From Sminthopsis crassicaudata (taxonomy: Eukaryota), in contig NC_133617.1 of the NCBI RefSeq assembly GCF_048593235.1, forward strand, positions 530,018,958 through 530,082,957: a stretch of DNA of 64,000 nt, read 5' to 3'. Made by a program: the position numbers and the translations under genes. The notes under the pieces were generated by a model that worked only from the letters and a program-made list of their open reading frames with translations, made no database searches and was not told where the DNA came from. This document shows positions 39,000-49,400 of the stretch, one piece after another (the first letter of the stretch is position 1; every line of letters begins with the position of its first letter).

Positions 39000-39110
39000 C
39001 AGATGACATCTTTATAAAATTTACAGATGACCTGGATGACCAAATGGACTCAAAAAGACCTGGATAGGTTAGAACACTGAGCCTTTATGAAAATCAATTG
39101 TAACATTAGC
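39000..39110 (+). mobile_element. CR1/L3 RT fragment
   Basis: ataaaatttacagatgac...caaaaagacctggataggttagaacactg (IKFTDD...QKDLDRLEH-like). Confidence 0.6.
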
Positions 39111-40009
39111 TTACAATATTTCTAGGATATTTAGGCTTCAGAAGCCCAATGTATATTATCTCTCATTTACAAAGGCTCAGAGATATTAATTGGCCTGCCA
39201 ATAATGGCATTTGACCATTGAGACTAAAATTCAAAACCAGATCTCTCTACTTCAACATTAATGCTTTTCCCCTATACTCCTCATCACTTCCCAAATACTA
39301 TGCTGCACTACACAGATGCTGTTAGATTTAGTCCAATTCAAATAAAATATAGTTTTTTCTGACACTAAATAACTAACTCCAGACATAATCCTTCACTGTT
39401 AAAATGTTCTGTTTCTCAATTTTTTGTTAAATCCCTTAACTATGGTATTGGTTGTCTCTGGATAATACAGATGGGCCATGTGCTTTTCTGCTTCCTAAAT
39501 CTCATTATTTTATGGTTCTGTAACCTCAGTGCTAAGGGAATGGGAATATGACCACTTAGACTTCTTATCTTCTCTGAGAAGCCTTTCCTGATCCCACTCT
39601 ATGCTAGTACCTTCTGTTAATTACTGCCAATTCTTCTTTTATATATCCTGTCCCTACATAGTTGTCATGTTGTCTACCCCATTAGAACGAGAGGTTCTTG
39701 AGAGTTAGGGCTTTTTATTTTTGCATTCTGGTGCTCACCTAGCACATAGCAGGTGCTTAATAAATGTTTATTCATTGAATGATATACAATAATAACTCCA
39801 TTCATAGATGCTCATGTGAATAGCTTATAAAATAACAGCACAATCTGAGACAATGAGATTCTAAGGAAGTTTCACTCTATACAAGATGGTCCAAAGCTCA
39901 TTTTTTGGGACTTTTAAGATAAGAATTCTGGTATCCAAGTGTGCTGATGCATGGGTTATTCATGAAGACATACAGGAAGCATCAGGTGTTGATGAAAGTA
40001 ATTTAAGAG

Positions 40010-41896
40010 TCAAAACACAACAAATGATCTTTATTCCTTTGAAACGCATTTATGTAAAAATGTATCAAGACGGATTAAAGATTCAGGACACATAATTTGT
40101 ACTTAGCACATACACTGAAGATCAAAACAACTGCTAAAAAGAACATTTATGAACAATTAAAAAAACAAAAACAAAAACAAAGAGTTGTAGATGATCAAAC
40201 CTAACTCTTCAAAGAGTGGGTCGGGTTCTTCCCTTGCTGAACAGGCATGTACAAAAATCAAGAACTGCTGTATTTTAACCTAAAATTGATCAAATATAGA
40301 AGATCTCAAGACATTTAAAAAAAAATCAGGACAGACCCAATTGCAATGAAAATGTCTGAAAGGATGGCACTAAAGTTTCTTGATTTTATAAAAGGGTGAA
40401 ATTAATATGGTTTGAGTCTTGTAGTCTTAAGGGAACACAGGGAAAGTATATTGTTTTATTCTGCTCAGTTAAAAGCAGAAGCTAGACTAAGACAGTACCG
40501 TGGTTTCAGATATAAGTTTCATCCCAAAGTAGAAAATAGGGTGGCTTCAGGCACTTTTGACAAAGGAGTGGCGCACACCTGATCCTGCACCCTGGCATAA
40601 ATACACAAAAGTCACTACCCCTCCCCACATACATATTAATTTCATTTAATTCCCCAAATGCATTGTAAATGGCAATGGTTACCTTTTGAGAGAGTCCAAG
40701 AAGAAAAACGATACATTCTACTAATCTTTAGTTTGTATTCAGAATTCTCTTTTAAAAAAATCAGGCAAGATAGCAGCACCCATCATTAAGGCATTATTTT
40801 AAATGATTTATAGCAGCAACTACTACCCCTAAGGATAGCACATGGTTATGATTAGTACAATCAATATATCAAAAAGTAGTGATTGATGCTCTGCAAAATA
40901 CAAGATGCTTATTCTCCCTCTAGAATATCTTCCAGTAAATTCCATGAAGATTTTTAAATCTTTCCAGAATAAAAAAGAGGTCTTTCTCTCAGAAACGGAA
41001 TATTGCAATTTCCATTATAGGGCTATGGACTAGATCAGTGATTTAATCAGGGTAGTAATCTCCTGGTGAGGGACTTTCTCTAGTAATGCAGGCTGACACT
41101 TGCTCTGCCATTTATGGTCTTCAGTGTGGCCCTGAGTTCCACAAGGTTAAATGACTGGCCCAGCCAGTATATATGTTAGAGATGGGACTTCAAACTCAGG
41201 TCTTTATGGTTCCAATGCTACCTCTCTCTACCCACTACGCCAGCCACATTGCCTCTAATATCAGAAGTTGGAACATTCTTTTTTACTTTAAACCTCAACG
41301 TTAGCAATATTTTTAAAAAAATACAAAATCCCTGGCTTTAGATAGTATCAGAAAGTCATCTAGTCCAACATCCACCCATTTTACAGATAAAGAAACTAAA
41401 GTAACTCAGAGGGGAGTGATTGGCTCATGGTCACATCATTAGCAAGTGACAAATCTAGCATAAGAGTTTCTTGACCCTTCAGCTGAAAAGTCTTTTCAGT
41501 ATATTATTCTCTTATACTAATCTCTCCTAGCTTTGCTTGGTCCCATCAATTAAATAACAAAGATATATATCTATATTTGCTGCACAATAAAAATAAACAC
41601 ATACTTTTTACTTCCAAATTTAAAATTGGAACAAAAATTATTCCTGAGCCATGAACTACCTTCATTTTATTTGGAATGTGGTCAACAGTGATTTATGACT
41701 AGCTACCGTGGACTATTTTCAGATATTTATAAAAAGACTGAAAAAACCTTTCAAGAATATCAAGAAAGGCCAATCAAATATAAGCTACAGGCATTTTTTT
41801 TTTTTTTGTACAACACAAACTCAAGTAATGCAAAGACAGACAATGTTCATGGGATGGGATGATGAAACTAAGATGGTCAGAGACATCTGAAGAGAC
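40010..41896 (-). other. EPB41L4B: Probable 3'UTR of the short isoform; 3' end uncertain
   Basis: Follows the TGA; AATAAA hexamers on the minus strand at 41666-41671, 40455-40460 and 40030-40035; contains SINE fragments at ~41040-41460. Confidence 0.55.
40030..40035 (-). terminator. Candidate distal polyadenylation signal (AATAAA) of the short isoform
   Basis: Minus strand GGAATAAAGATCATTTGTTGTGTTTTG, with U/GU-rich sequence downstream and a TGTA ~75 nt upstream. Confidence 0.45.
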
Positions 41897-42050
41897 TCAA
41901 AGTGCTGTCATGAGTTTATCTTGATACACCAAACTCATACTTTGTATTCCTCCTAAATTCTTCTGGTTCTGGTTGTAGATATAATGCAAACTGTGGTCAT
42001 CTTCACTTGTGGGTGGTTTCCAATGTGACCTGTCATCCTGAAATGATGGC
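41897..42050 (-). CDS. EPB41L4B: EPB41L4B short-isoform terminal exon CDS: (R)PSFQDDRSHWKPPTSEDDHSLHYIYNQNQKNLGGIQSMSLVYQDKLMTAL*
   Basis: ggcacag|GCCATCATTT...CTTTGA; matches the recalled human short-isoform end RPSFQDDRSHWK...RDKLMTAL. Confidence 0.93.
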
Positions 42051-42066
42051 CTGTGCCATTGGCATA

Positions 42067-42080
42067 GTTAATGGTTAGTG
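42067..42080 (-). promoter_or_regulatory. Branch point CACTAAC plus TAAC half-site upstream of the short-isoform terminal exon
   Basis: Minus strand CACTAACCATTAAC; branch A at 42075, 25 nt from the exon start. Confidence 0.6.
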
Positions 42081-42807
42081 AAGGATGAAAACATAAAACT
42101 AAGGGTGAAATAATACAAGAGGATAACAAATGCTTTAGAAATTGCATGTCAAACAATGAGATGGAAATGATGAGATATACTGGAAAGCGGGATACGTTAA
42201 CATCTTCATCACTTCCCCACTACCACCCCATTTCAGATATTTGGAAAAAATTCTCCGCTGAAAACCATAAATAAAATCCCAAATTCATAAAGAGATAAAA
42301 AATTCATTTATGGATGGATCATATCCATTAGGAAGTTCACTGGCAGAACAAGTAGTAACAAACAAAATTTTCTTCCTTTCCTCACAAGAAAAATCTGGGC
42401 TGATTAAAATATGGCTCATGGGATAAACATTAAAAATGTAATAATATTTCCATAACTATAAGTTTCTCTATAGTTTTCATTTGCTTAAGTTGAGAAAACA
42501 AATGGCATTTGCAATAGAATGACATTTGAAATTATCACCTAACCAAAGCCACCTGTTTAAAACCACACAAAACTGAATGCCTCTATGAATAACGGCATTG
42601 CTCTATAAGTATATTCAGGACTCCAATAAAAAAGCTTTGGTAAGACCTGACATACAATCTTAGTCCTCAGTTTTTCTATTAATTTACTGTGTTTTTAATT
42701 ATTTCTGTCTTTCCAAGTTTTGTTTGCTCCTGCAGAAGGCAGAACACTGCCTTTTGAAGAATCAAAGAATCCTGGAGTTGAAAGGGACCTTTTGAGATCA
42801 TCTAGTC

Positions 42808-42994
42808 CAAAAGATTCTTAACCTGGGGTCTGTAAATTTGGCTTTTAAAAACTATCTTGATAATGTGACATCGATATAATTTGTTTTTCTCAGCAATCCA
42901 ATGTATATTATGCATTTAAAACATTTTAAAGCTGGACTAAATTTGACTAGACTGCCTAAAAAGTCCAGGACACAAAAATGGTCAAGAACTTCTG
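42808..42994 (+). mobile_element. hAT-Charlie-type MITE nested in a MIR-type SINE
   Basis: 8-bp TSD ATCTAGTC at 42800-42807 and 42995-43002; the SINE sequence resumes after it. Confidence 0.75.
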
Positions 42995-43425
42995 ATCTAG
43001 TCCAACTTCCACTTATTTTGCTAAGAAGAAAACTGTAGCCTCAGAAGAGGCGCTAGATCACTCAGTCAATAGGTGGAAGATTTGGGATTGAAATGAAGTG
43101 CTTTTACTTCAAATCTAAATCTTTTTCTACTTTATTATATCTCCATCATCATGTCTGTGTACTCCTCTTGCAAGAAAAAACTTTACTTAAGAGGTTTTAA
43201 GAGACATTTTAAATTTTTCACAAAAAGCACTAACATTAACAAGGTTTCAAAAAGCAAAAGACTTGCCTCTTACAGAACTTCTATCATCAGAGAATATAAA
43301 TATTCCTTTGTAACTAGTTTGATTACCACTTAGAAAACTTTACTATTTTCTTTTGATTCAGTAACTAAGTGTAATTAAAAAAAAAAAAGCCATTGACAAA
43401 AACAATGTTCTTCCAAAATGCTTAC

Positions 43426-43490
43426 CTTATATTTGGAGAGTGAGGATGCCATTGTTGTTGCCCAGGATGTATGTTAGGATGGTATTGCAT
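43426..43490 (-). CDS. EPB41L4B: EPB41L4B last shared coding exon, 65 bp: MQYHPNIHPGQQQWHPHSPNI
   Basis: ttgattccag|ATGCAA...ATAAG|gtaagc; the phase-2 end fits both downstream acceptors (42050 and 10997). Confidence 0.94.
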
Positions 43491-44283
43491 CTGGAATCAA
43501 AATACTAACCATGATTAGTTTATTCACAATTTCATTAGACAAGAGTTAATTTACTTTATATTTCAATTTTCATATCTCTTGGAAGGGTAGATGACAGATC
43601 ATGGCAACAAAGGATTTGAGAAAACACAAAGCTAAGATTCTACTTGATCATTCCCTTATTTTAAAAGTTTAAATAGCTATGACGCATCAGTTCTTGTCTA
43701 TTCTGGAAACATGAGCTTTCAGATCATGAAGAAGTAATAACCAGCCTTTAAAGAGAGAGAAAAAGATATATACAGAGAAAAACAGAAATAGGGAGAAGGA
43801 GAAAGAGGAGAGAGAGACAAAATAGGTCTCTAGGAGAAAATTCAAAGATTCATTATTAGAAGAATGAGGATAAACAGTTTTCATTTACCTTGCAGACAGA
43901 ACTAAAGGAAATGGGATTTAAATTGTATCAGGAAGAACTTTCTGTACGAAAGATACACATCTATGCAACATTATTCTTTTAAAATAAGAAATGGTTGTGG
44001 AATTTCATTCTCTGGTGAGCTTCTTAGAAATGACAAAAAATTAAACCTAACCAAAACAACAATTCCCCCAAGAAACCCCCCAAATCCAAACTAACCTCCC
44101 CACTACACACTGTGATAGCATATGCCTGAGAAAGGAATCATTTTCCTTGTTAATAGTTGTGGAAACAGACAAGAAACCATTACAAAGTCACAAATCAAAT
44201 TTGTTTATAACGGTGGAACAGAAAGAGATTTCATCTCTTGACCTATATTACAATCTGTAAAATTGAAAGTTGTTTCAAAACCA

Positions 44284-44459
44284 AATGATATTCACACACA
44301 TGTATTGTACCTAGACTATATTGTAACACATATAAAATGTATGGTATTGCCTGTCGTCGGGTGGAGGGAATAGAGGGAGGGGGGGTAATTTGGAAAAATG
44401 AATACAAGGGATAATATTATAAAAAAAAATATATATATATAATAAAAAAAAAAAAAAAA
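44284..44459 (+). mobile_element. Young 5'-truncated L1 3' end with A-tail
   Basis: Perfect 19-bp TSD GAAAGTTGTTTCAAAACCA at 44265-44283 and 44460-44478; CpGs retained. Confidence 0.9.
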
Positions 44460-44905
44460 GAAAGTTGTTTCAAAACCACAAATCCCCAAGAAAAAAGTAG
44501 GATCAGGCAGTTTTAGAGACTCAATATACCCAGTAAGTCACCTGTGACAAATCCCCTCACCATGGGGCAATTAAACTAGTTCTCACTCTGAGAAGAATAT
44601 CATGATGATAGTCACAACATTTATATAGTACTTCAAGATATGCAAAGTATTCTCTCTATGGCTCCTCAGAACAAGTTTGGGCTATACAATTAGTGTCCTG
44701 AGAAAGAAAACAAACTCAGGTCTTCTGGACTCCAAGCCCAGTACTCCATCCATACACCAAAGAGCTGCCTGCAGATGAATGGGAAGTCCTATTTTCTTCC
44801 TTGGCAGATTCCAGAAACTTATCATTAGAATCAAGTAGATTCCATAACCTGTAGCAGCTCTTTGGTGAAAAACTAGCTAAAAATGTTCTCATGTTTATAG
44901 ATAGT

Positions 44906-45003
44906 ATTTTTCCAATTTACCCCCCCTCCCTCTATTCCCTCCCCCCGACGACAGGCAATACCATACATTTTACATGTGTTACAATATAGTCTAGGTACAA
45001 TAC
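44906..45003 (-). mobile_element. Tailless 98-bp L1 3' fragment, inverted relative to 44302-44399
   Basis: 95/98 identical to the neighbouring copy by manual comparison. Confidence 0.9.
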
Positions 45004-45617
45004 GGTATTGAAAAGTTTAAAAAAAAAAACCAACCACACAATTTTCACTAATTGTTTTCTTGCAAATCAACTGGAAAATAAAATATGACTACCCAACCTT
45101 GATATAACAATCAGTTTCAGACAATGGAAAGATGCATTGTTATATGAAATAGTCAAAGATTTAAAGAGAAGAATGGAAACAATCTTTTGCTGATGTGATT
45201 GCAGAAAAATTCAAAATAAGAAAAAAATCAGTCTGATCCTTATCTCCATAACAGACACTTTTTCTAAGTTTGAGTGTGTATGCTCCCAACAGCTTAGATG
45301 GGAGGGGAGTTTGAGAGCTCTGTGGTCAGTGGTTGCTGGGCTCTGATTCTGTCTTATTTTGATACTTAAAAGGATTAACGACTTCATTGATATATATATA
45401 CTTCCTCTGCCAAAACAGATCACAACCTCTCTAATCAAATCAATTTATCAACAAGCATTTATTATGTCTGGAGAAGCAAATGGCAAACCACCCCCTATCT
45501 CTCGCCAAGAAAACTTTGTGGTGCTCTGTTACAAAGAGTAAGATATGACTGAAAAAACGTATTATACAACAAAATTTATTATGCCATTCAGAATATATAC
45601 AAAATATAGAATATATT

Positions 45618-45728
45618 GGAGCAGTAACGTGGTGCAGTGGATAGAGCATCAGCCCTGAAGTCAGGAGGACCTGGGTTCAAATCTGGTCTCAGATGTGTGA
45701 CCCTGGGCAAGTCACTTAACCCCAATTG
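45618..45728 (+). mobile_element. WSINE1-type short SINE running into the gap
   Basis: gcagtggatagagcatcagccctgaagtcaggaggacctgggttcaaatc...cacttaaccccaattg; AGAATATAT at 45608-45616 and 45909-45917 as a possible TSD. Confidence 0.8.
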
Positions 45729-45900
45729 NNNNNNNNNNNNNNNNNNNNNNNNNNNNNNNNNNNNNNNNNNNNNNNNNNNNNNNNNNNNNNNNNNNNNNNN
45801 NNNNNNNNNNNNNNNNNNNNNNNNNNNNNNNNNNNNNNNNNNNNNNNNNNNNNNNNNNNNNNNNNNNNNNNNNNNNNNNNNNNNNNNNNNNNNNNNNNNN
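45729..45900. other. Assembly gap (172 N)
   Basis: Direct. Confidence 1.
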
Positions 45901-46319
45901 AGAAAGAAAGAATATATAGTGCCTGGGAGAGAGAGTATCACTAACAACTGGGGGATTAGGAAAAGCTTCTTGAAAGAGCCACTAGAGGTGAGCCTGAAAA
46001 GGAATTGACAGATACTGAGGAAAGGAGAAAAGGGAAAAAATTCCAAGCCGGTACAGTCTGTGCAAAAGTGTGGAGACAAGAGATTGGACTTAGTGTACAG
46101 TTAGGAGGGCCATCTGGTTAGACAACAAATGTCTGAGGAATAACAGACTAGAAAGAAGCTGGAGCAGATCATGAAGGGCTTTGACTAAAAGCAATGGGGA
46201 GGTACTGAAGTTTCTTGAGAAAGGTTTTTTAGAATATCAATTTGGCAGCTATGAGAGAGGATGACCTGAAGATGGCAAGATATTTATTTATACACCTTAG
46301 TATATTATTAAAGAGTTGC

Positions 46320-46552
46320 TGCTGCTAGGTGATGAACCTCTCTGAACAGTTTGTCAAACTCTTTTCTTGGCAAAAACTGTTTGCTATTTTCTTAATTGCC
46401 ATTTTACAGTTGAGAAAACTGAGACAAACAGGGTGAAGGAACTTGCTCAGGGTCCCCCAGCTAGTGTCTGAGGCTGGATTTGAACTCAGAAAGATGAGTT
46501 TTCCTAACTCTGGGCCAGGCACTCTATCCATTACACCATCTAGCTGGCCTAA
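46320..46552 (-). mobile_element. Mar1-like CORE-SINE
   Basis: ttttcttggcaaaaac...gaggctggatttgaactcag...ctctatccattacaccatctagctg. Confidence 0.75.
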
Positions 46553-47956
46553 CACCTTAATAAGATCTTCCTGTTATAATGGTGTATAAACAAAAGCCTT
46601 CAAAAACCTTTTAGAACCAATTATTCTTAACCTCCTATTTAAAAAAAAAATAGAAATTTATATAGCAATTTAAAGGCCACAAAGTCCTGTCCTCATGTCT
46701 TATAATCTTATGAGTTAGGGACTATGAATATTATCATTATCTCCATTTATAGAAGAGAGAATAGCTTGCCATGGTTAGACAGCTAAAGGATCCCAAGCCA
46801 ATTTATACCACTTTCTCCTTGATAGTAAATTCTATTTATGCTCTTCGGAACATCTAGCATTCTAAAGGGAGGAAAACCCAAACAGAAAACCTATGCAAAA
46901 AGAGATGAGACTAGAAAATGAAAGATTCCTCTTCTTAAGGCACATTTATTCATTTCTCTTGTGATTTACCATTATATTTCAATCCCTGAGTTTTCTCTGA
47001 TTTCCATCAGTATAGTTACTTGTAACAAAACACCTCTAAAATAAAATAAATAGCAAGTAGCTGAACTAAGGCTGTTTATGAGTCAGGAGAGCTGGATTTT
47101 CATTTCACTATCACTAATTACTAACCAGTGTGCTGTTGAGGGGCAAGACACTTAATCTCTTAGAGGAATAGCCTGTTTCTCCCTCTGTTAAATAAAATGG
47201 CTTCCAAGGCAAGCTTTGGCATTCTGAAATTTTAAAGAATAATGCAGATTCCTTTCCATCATATAATTCATCCTAACTCATCCATAAAACTCATTTAGTG
47301 AGACTGTTTACACAAACATATTAAGCTAAAACTTTAGGAACATCCCAGATAATAATAATACATCAAAAAGAAAAAATCTTCTGCAAATGTTAAAAATAGG
47401 GAAAATCTGTGAGTGAAATATCAAAACAAGTAGTCAGTTTTTTCGAGGAATAGTTCCATAATTTGTGGCATTTAAAACTATAGTGATGACAGTACTAGAG
47501 GGTGTTCTATAATATTCAGGATCAGATTACTAGCTTAGTCCATTTTATTCAAATCAACATCACGGAATTCAACGTTCATTAAACATCTAGTGTGTACAAA
47601 ACATCTTTTACCCTAATATAGGACTGATAAAATAATGGGGAAAATAAGATAAGCTTACATTAGCTTGGAAGGGAAACCTTGGTCATTAGCCCTTAGTCCC
47701 AATCCCCACCCCCTCCTAGAATTACTATTCCTTCAACCCCTCAGAGGAATATCCCCCTTGAGCATGACAATGGTATGTCTGAGTGTCCCCAAGCTCAAAG
47801 GGGACACTTTCAATAATTTTTGCTTGTCCAAAGTTTCCCAGCACTTAAATTTCTATGACTATTACTTATAAAATAACACAAATAGAAAACAGTATGGCAT
47901 ATATAGGATTAAATGATTAATTATGCCAGAAAAATTTAAAAATAATTTGCTCTTAC

Positions 47957-47990
47957 CTGGTAATTGTGAATTTCTGGATTATTTTTGGAG
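47957..47990 (-). CDS. EPB41L4B: EPB41L4B coding exon, 34 bp: (C)SKNNPEIHNYQ
   Basis: tttatttcag|CTCCAAA...TACCAG|gtaaga; matches recalled human CSKTNPEVHNYQ. Confidence 0.93.
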
Positions 47991-48068
47991 CTGAAATAAA
48001 GAACAGACAACATATTACAGAGAGGAAAGTAATTTAGTATTAATTAGTGTTAATGTTGATGATGTTAC

Positions 48069-48089
48069 CTGCTCATATTCATATTCAAA
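48069..48089 (-). CDS. EPB41L4B: Candidate 21-nt in-frame microexon adding LNMNMSS
   Basis: gtttctgtttggtttttcag|TTTGAATATGAATATGAGCAG|gtaaca; frame-preserving with no stop; no transcript evidence available. Confidence 0.4.
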
Positions 48090-48639
48090 CTGAAAAACCA
48101 AACAGAAACAGCTATGAAGAACAGACACTTTGGATCACATACTCCTCACCCTCTCCAGCGTAAAATTCTGTGCTGCCTTAGGTTTTTGTAACTTTAACCT
48201 TTCCTGGTTCTTTTTCTATCCAATATTCCTACTTATTAGCATGGTTGAGGAAAAAACTTGTGTGAATCAATACTGTGCTATTTCCTATTGGTACAACCTA
48301 AAAATTTAAGGAATTAGATTAGATGCTCTAATCTAAGGATTTTTTTCCTAGCTCTAAAATCCTAAGATTTTCTAAATGTGGTAAGATCTCATGATGGTTC
48401 CCATTAGTATTGCATTAGAATATACCAGTGTGTTTGTTCAGCAAGAGTTGCTATGATTGCACACAGACAAAAGTTGGTTCTACATCAGCAATGAGTGGTA
48501 CTAAAAAACCATTTTTTTTTTTTTTAATCTCCAAAACCCTCAGTAATGGCTATACCTCTGGAATGGGATAGTTTATCCTTAAAAGTAATGTATCGAATGG
48601 TCAATATCATGGTTGCTGGGATAGCATTTTGTACTTTTC

Positions 48640-49400
48640 AAGACACTTTCCAATATATTATTTTATGAAACAAAAGTCCTTAAAAAAAACTTGTGCTTCA
48701 ATCTGTAGTATTTTTTTTCTTTGACTTGATATCTAGGTTTTAGCTATGATGTTTCCAGATGTTTTTCTTTTATTTTTTATTTTATTCATTTTTCCAAATT
48801 ATCCCCTCCCTCCCTCCACTCCCTCCCCCGATGGCAGGCAATCCCATACATTTTACATGTGTTACAATATAACCTAGATACAATATATGTGTGTAAATAC
48901 CATTTTCTTCTTGCACATTAATTATTAGCTTCCGAAGGTATAAGTAACCTGGGTAGATAGACAGTAGTGCTAACAATTTACATTCACTTCCCAGTGTTCC
49001 TTCTCTCCCAGATGTTTTTCAATTTGAGCTTTCTCTGAGGAAGCAATTGTTGGATTCTTCCTATTTTTCATCTTTCTCTGTGGTTTTAGCATTATCTGGG
49101 TAGTTTTCTTATATGATTTCTTGAAATAGAGTATCCAGGTTTTTTGTTTAGCCATGATTTTCAGGGAGTGCAATGATTCTTAAATTTCTTTCTTCTCACC
49201 ATTTCCCAGGCCATTTTTTAAAAATAAAAGATAATATCTTTTGACTTTGTTCTAATATTTCCTTTGAATCAACAAAAATATGGAGTTTTTATTTTTCCAT
49301 TCAATTTTTTAGGGAGTCTATTACTTGGGTAAAGTTTTTACCTTTTATTTTAAGTTAGTTTATTCTCCTACCAATTTTTTTTTTTTGCACATTTTACACA
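48640..49400 (-). mobile_element. Old L1/HAL1 ORF1 remnant
   Basis: Minus translation RRRNLRIIALPENH...NLDTLFQEII.ENYP, with stops. Confidence 0.7.
48768..49007 (-). mobile_element. Young L1 3' end nested in the ORF1 remnant
   Basis: 13-bp TSD CCAGATGTTTTTC at 48755-48767 and 49008-49020. Confidence 0.88.

Noticed and set aside
40659-40667. Complement of the miR-33 seed (TACAATGCA on the minus strand) in the putative 3'UTR
   Set aside because: A single seed match in ~1.9 kb is unremarkable without conservation data.
45588-46079. ORFs spanning the N run
   Set aside because: Artefacts of the gap and the SINE.
48426-48500. 75-nt AG...GT-flanked segment between the 31-bp and 34-bp exons
   Set aside because: Weak donor (CTG|GTATAT), short pyrimidine tract and an in-frame stop.
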